64,000 bases of DNA, from the NCBI GenBank assembly GCA_051546255.1, contig CP128818.1:682001-746000 (forward strand), written 5' to 3'. This document shows, one piece after another, positions 63,025 through 64,000 of the stretch (position 1 is its first letter; the number at the start of each line of letters is the position of its first letter). Both the position numbers and the translations under genes were made by a program. Origin of the DNA: Meyerozyma guilliermondii. Its lineage: Eukaryota. Under the pieces are notes generated by a model that was not told the DNA's origin, searched no databases, and was given only the letters and a program-made list of their open reading frames with translations.

Positions 63025-64000
63025 TCATGCGTAAAAGTTCACGCTCTTGGATTTGCGTGCTTGCACCTCTCCGATAGCCTCGACGAAATCTTCGTGCTTG
63101 ATGACCGATTTACCATTTCTCAAGGCAATCATTCCTGCTTCCACAGTAACTGCTTTCAATTGAGCACCATTGAATTCATCGGTACTACGAGCCAATTCCC
63201 TCCAATTAACAGAATCGTTGTCACAATTTAATTTACGAGCATGGATCTTCAACACAGACTCTCTGGCTTCTTCCAGCGGTAAGGGAAATTCAATTTTTCT
63301 GTCCAAACGTCCAGAACGCAACAACGCTGGATCCAAGGTGTCCACACGGTTGGTAGCGGCCAAAACCTTGACACGGTCATCACTTCCAAATCCATCCAAC
63401 TGGTTCAAAAGCTCCAACATAGTCCGCTGCACTTCCCTGTCTCCACTCTTGTCGGAATCGAAACGCTTGGTACCAATGGCATCCAATTCATCGATAAATA
63501 TGATTGTGGGAGCCTTTTCCTTAGCTAATGCAAACGCATCTCGCACCAACTTGGCACCGTCTCCTATGAACATCTGCACCAATTGAGGAGCGGCCAACTT
63601 GAGGAAAGTTGCACCTGACTGTGCAGCACAGGCACGAGCCAACAATGTCTTTCCGGTACCAGGGGGTCCGTACATTAATGCACCCTTTGGTGGTTTTATT
63701 CCCAAATTCTTGAACTTGTCAGACTGCTTCATCGGCAAAACCACCGCCTCGATCAATTCTTCAATCTGCTTATCCAACCCACCAATATCGGAATAGTCTT
63801 CTGTGGGCTTTTCGTCAACTTCCATGGCTTTTACTCGCGAGTCGTATTCTGAAGGTAATGTGTCAAGAATGAGATACGAATCTTTGTTTACGCCAATAAG
63901 ATCGTTGGGCTTCAAGGTTTCTGGATCAACCAAGCCAATGAGTGGAAGAAAGATGGTTTGACGGGTAGAAGTTTTGATTACTGCCGATTTTCCAGCCCTT
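63025..64000 (-). CDS. RPT5: 26S proteasome AAA ATPase Rpt5 (3' part; start lies beyond the window)
   Basis: Frame is open to the edge (...[21 protein letters not shown]). [26 protein letters not shown] and a C-terminal HbYX tail (FYA). Confidence 0.97.
   Translation of the reverse strand, partial: RAGKSAVIKTSTRQTIFLPLIGLVDPETLKPNDLIGVNKDSYLILDTLPSEYDSRVKAMEVDEKPTEDYSDIGGLDKQIEELIEAVVLPMKQSDKFKNLGIKPPKGALMYGPPGTGKTLLARACAAQSGATFLKLAAPQLVQMFIGDGAKLVRDAFALAKEKAPTIIFIDELDAIGTKRFDSDKSGDREVQRTMLELLNQLDGFGSDDRVKVLAATNRVDTLDPALLRSGRLDRKIEFPLPLEEARESVLKIHARKLNCDNDSVNWRELARSTDEFNGAQLKAVTVEAGMIALRNGKSVIKHEDFVEAIGEVQARKSKSVNFYA

Overview
This is gene-dense eukaryotic DNA from a CTG-clade (CUG-Ser) budding yeast. 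Conserved Ser positions in Chd1, Cdc12, Rpt5 and Rpc1 are encoded by CTG, so the supplied ORF track mistranslates them as Leu. The proteins look most like Meyerozyma (guilliermondii group); this is inference from memory, not a search. The window holds 29 protein genes: ATG21 (partial), SEC62, an alpha-arrestin, EHT1/EEB1, TPS2, PAB1, CHD1, RLI1, ARX1, BMH1, CDC12, ARO80, a second Zn2Cys6 factor, a SUN-family glucosidase, SEN15, DLT1, EAF1, TVP15, SPO71, STE5/CST5, PDA1, BRR2, TRP4, SPC110, APC13/SWM1-like, a GPI protein, a ZIP transporter, RPO31 and SEM1. A partial RPT5 runs off the right edge. There are two tRNA genes: Ser-AGA and intron-containing Phe-GAA. No transposon or CRISPR-type element was seen. 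The standout locus is 55169-57962. A ZrfC/Zrt101-type ZIP zinc importer with five extracellular CHxH-x5-C motifs is transcribed head-to-head with an uncharacterised secreted, probably GPI-anchored, His-rich protein. That protein is built from four copies of the same motif and appears to be an inverted duplicate of the transporter ectodomain. Their shared promoter carries a mirror-duplicated Zap1-like + Rim101 module. This looks like a Pra1-independent, surface-tethered zinc-capture system. The second highlight is a six-exon TVP15 gene, missed by the ORF track, with five 43-49 nt introns and a 7-nt microexon.
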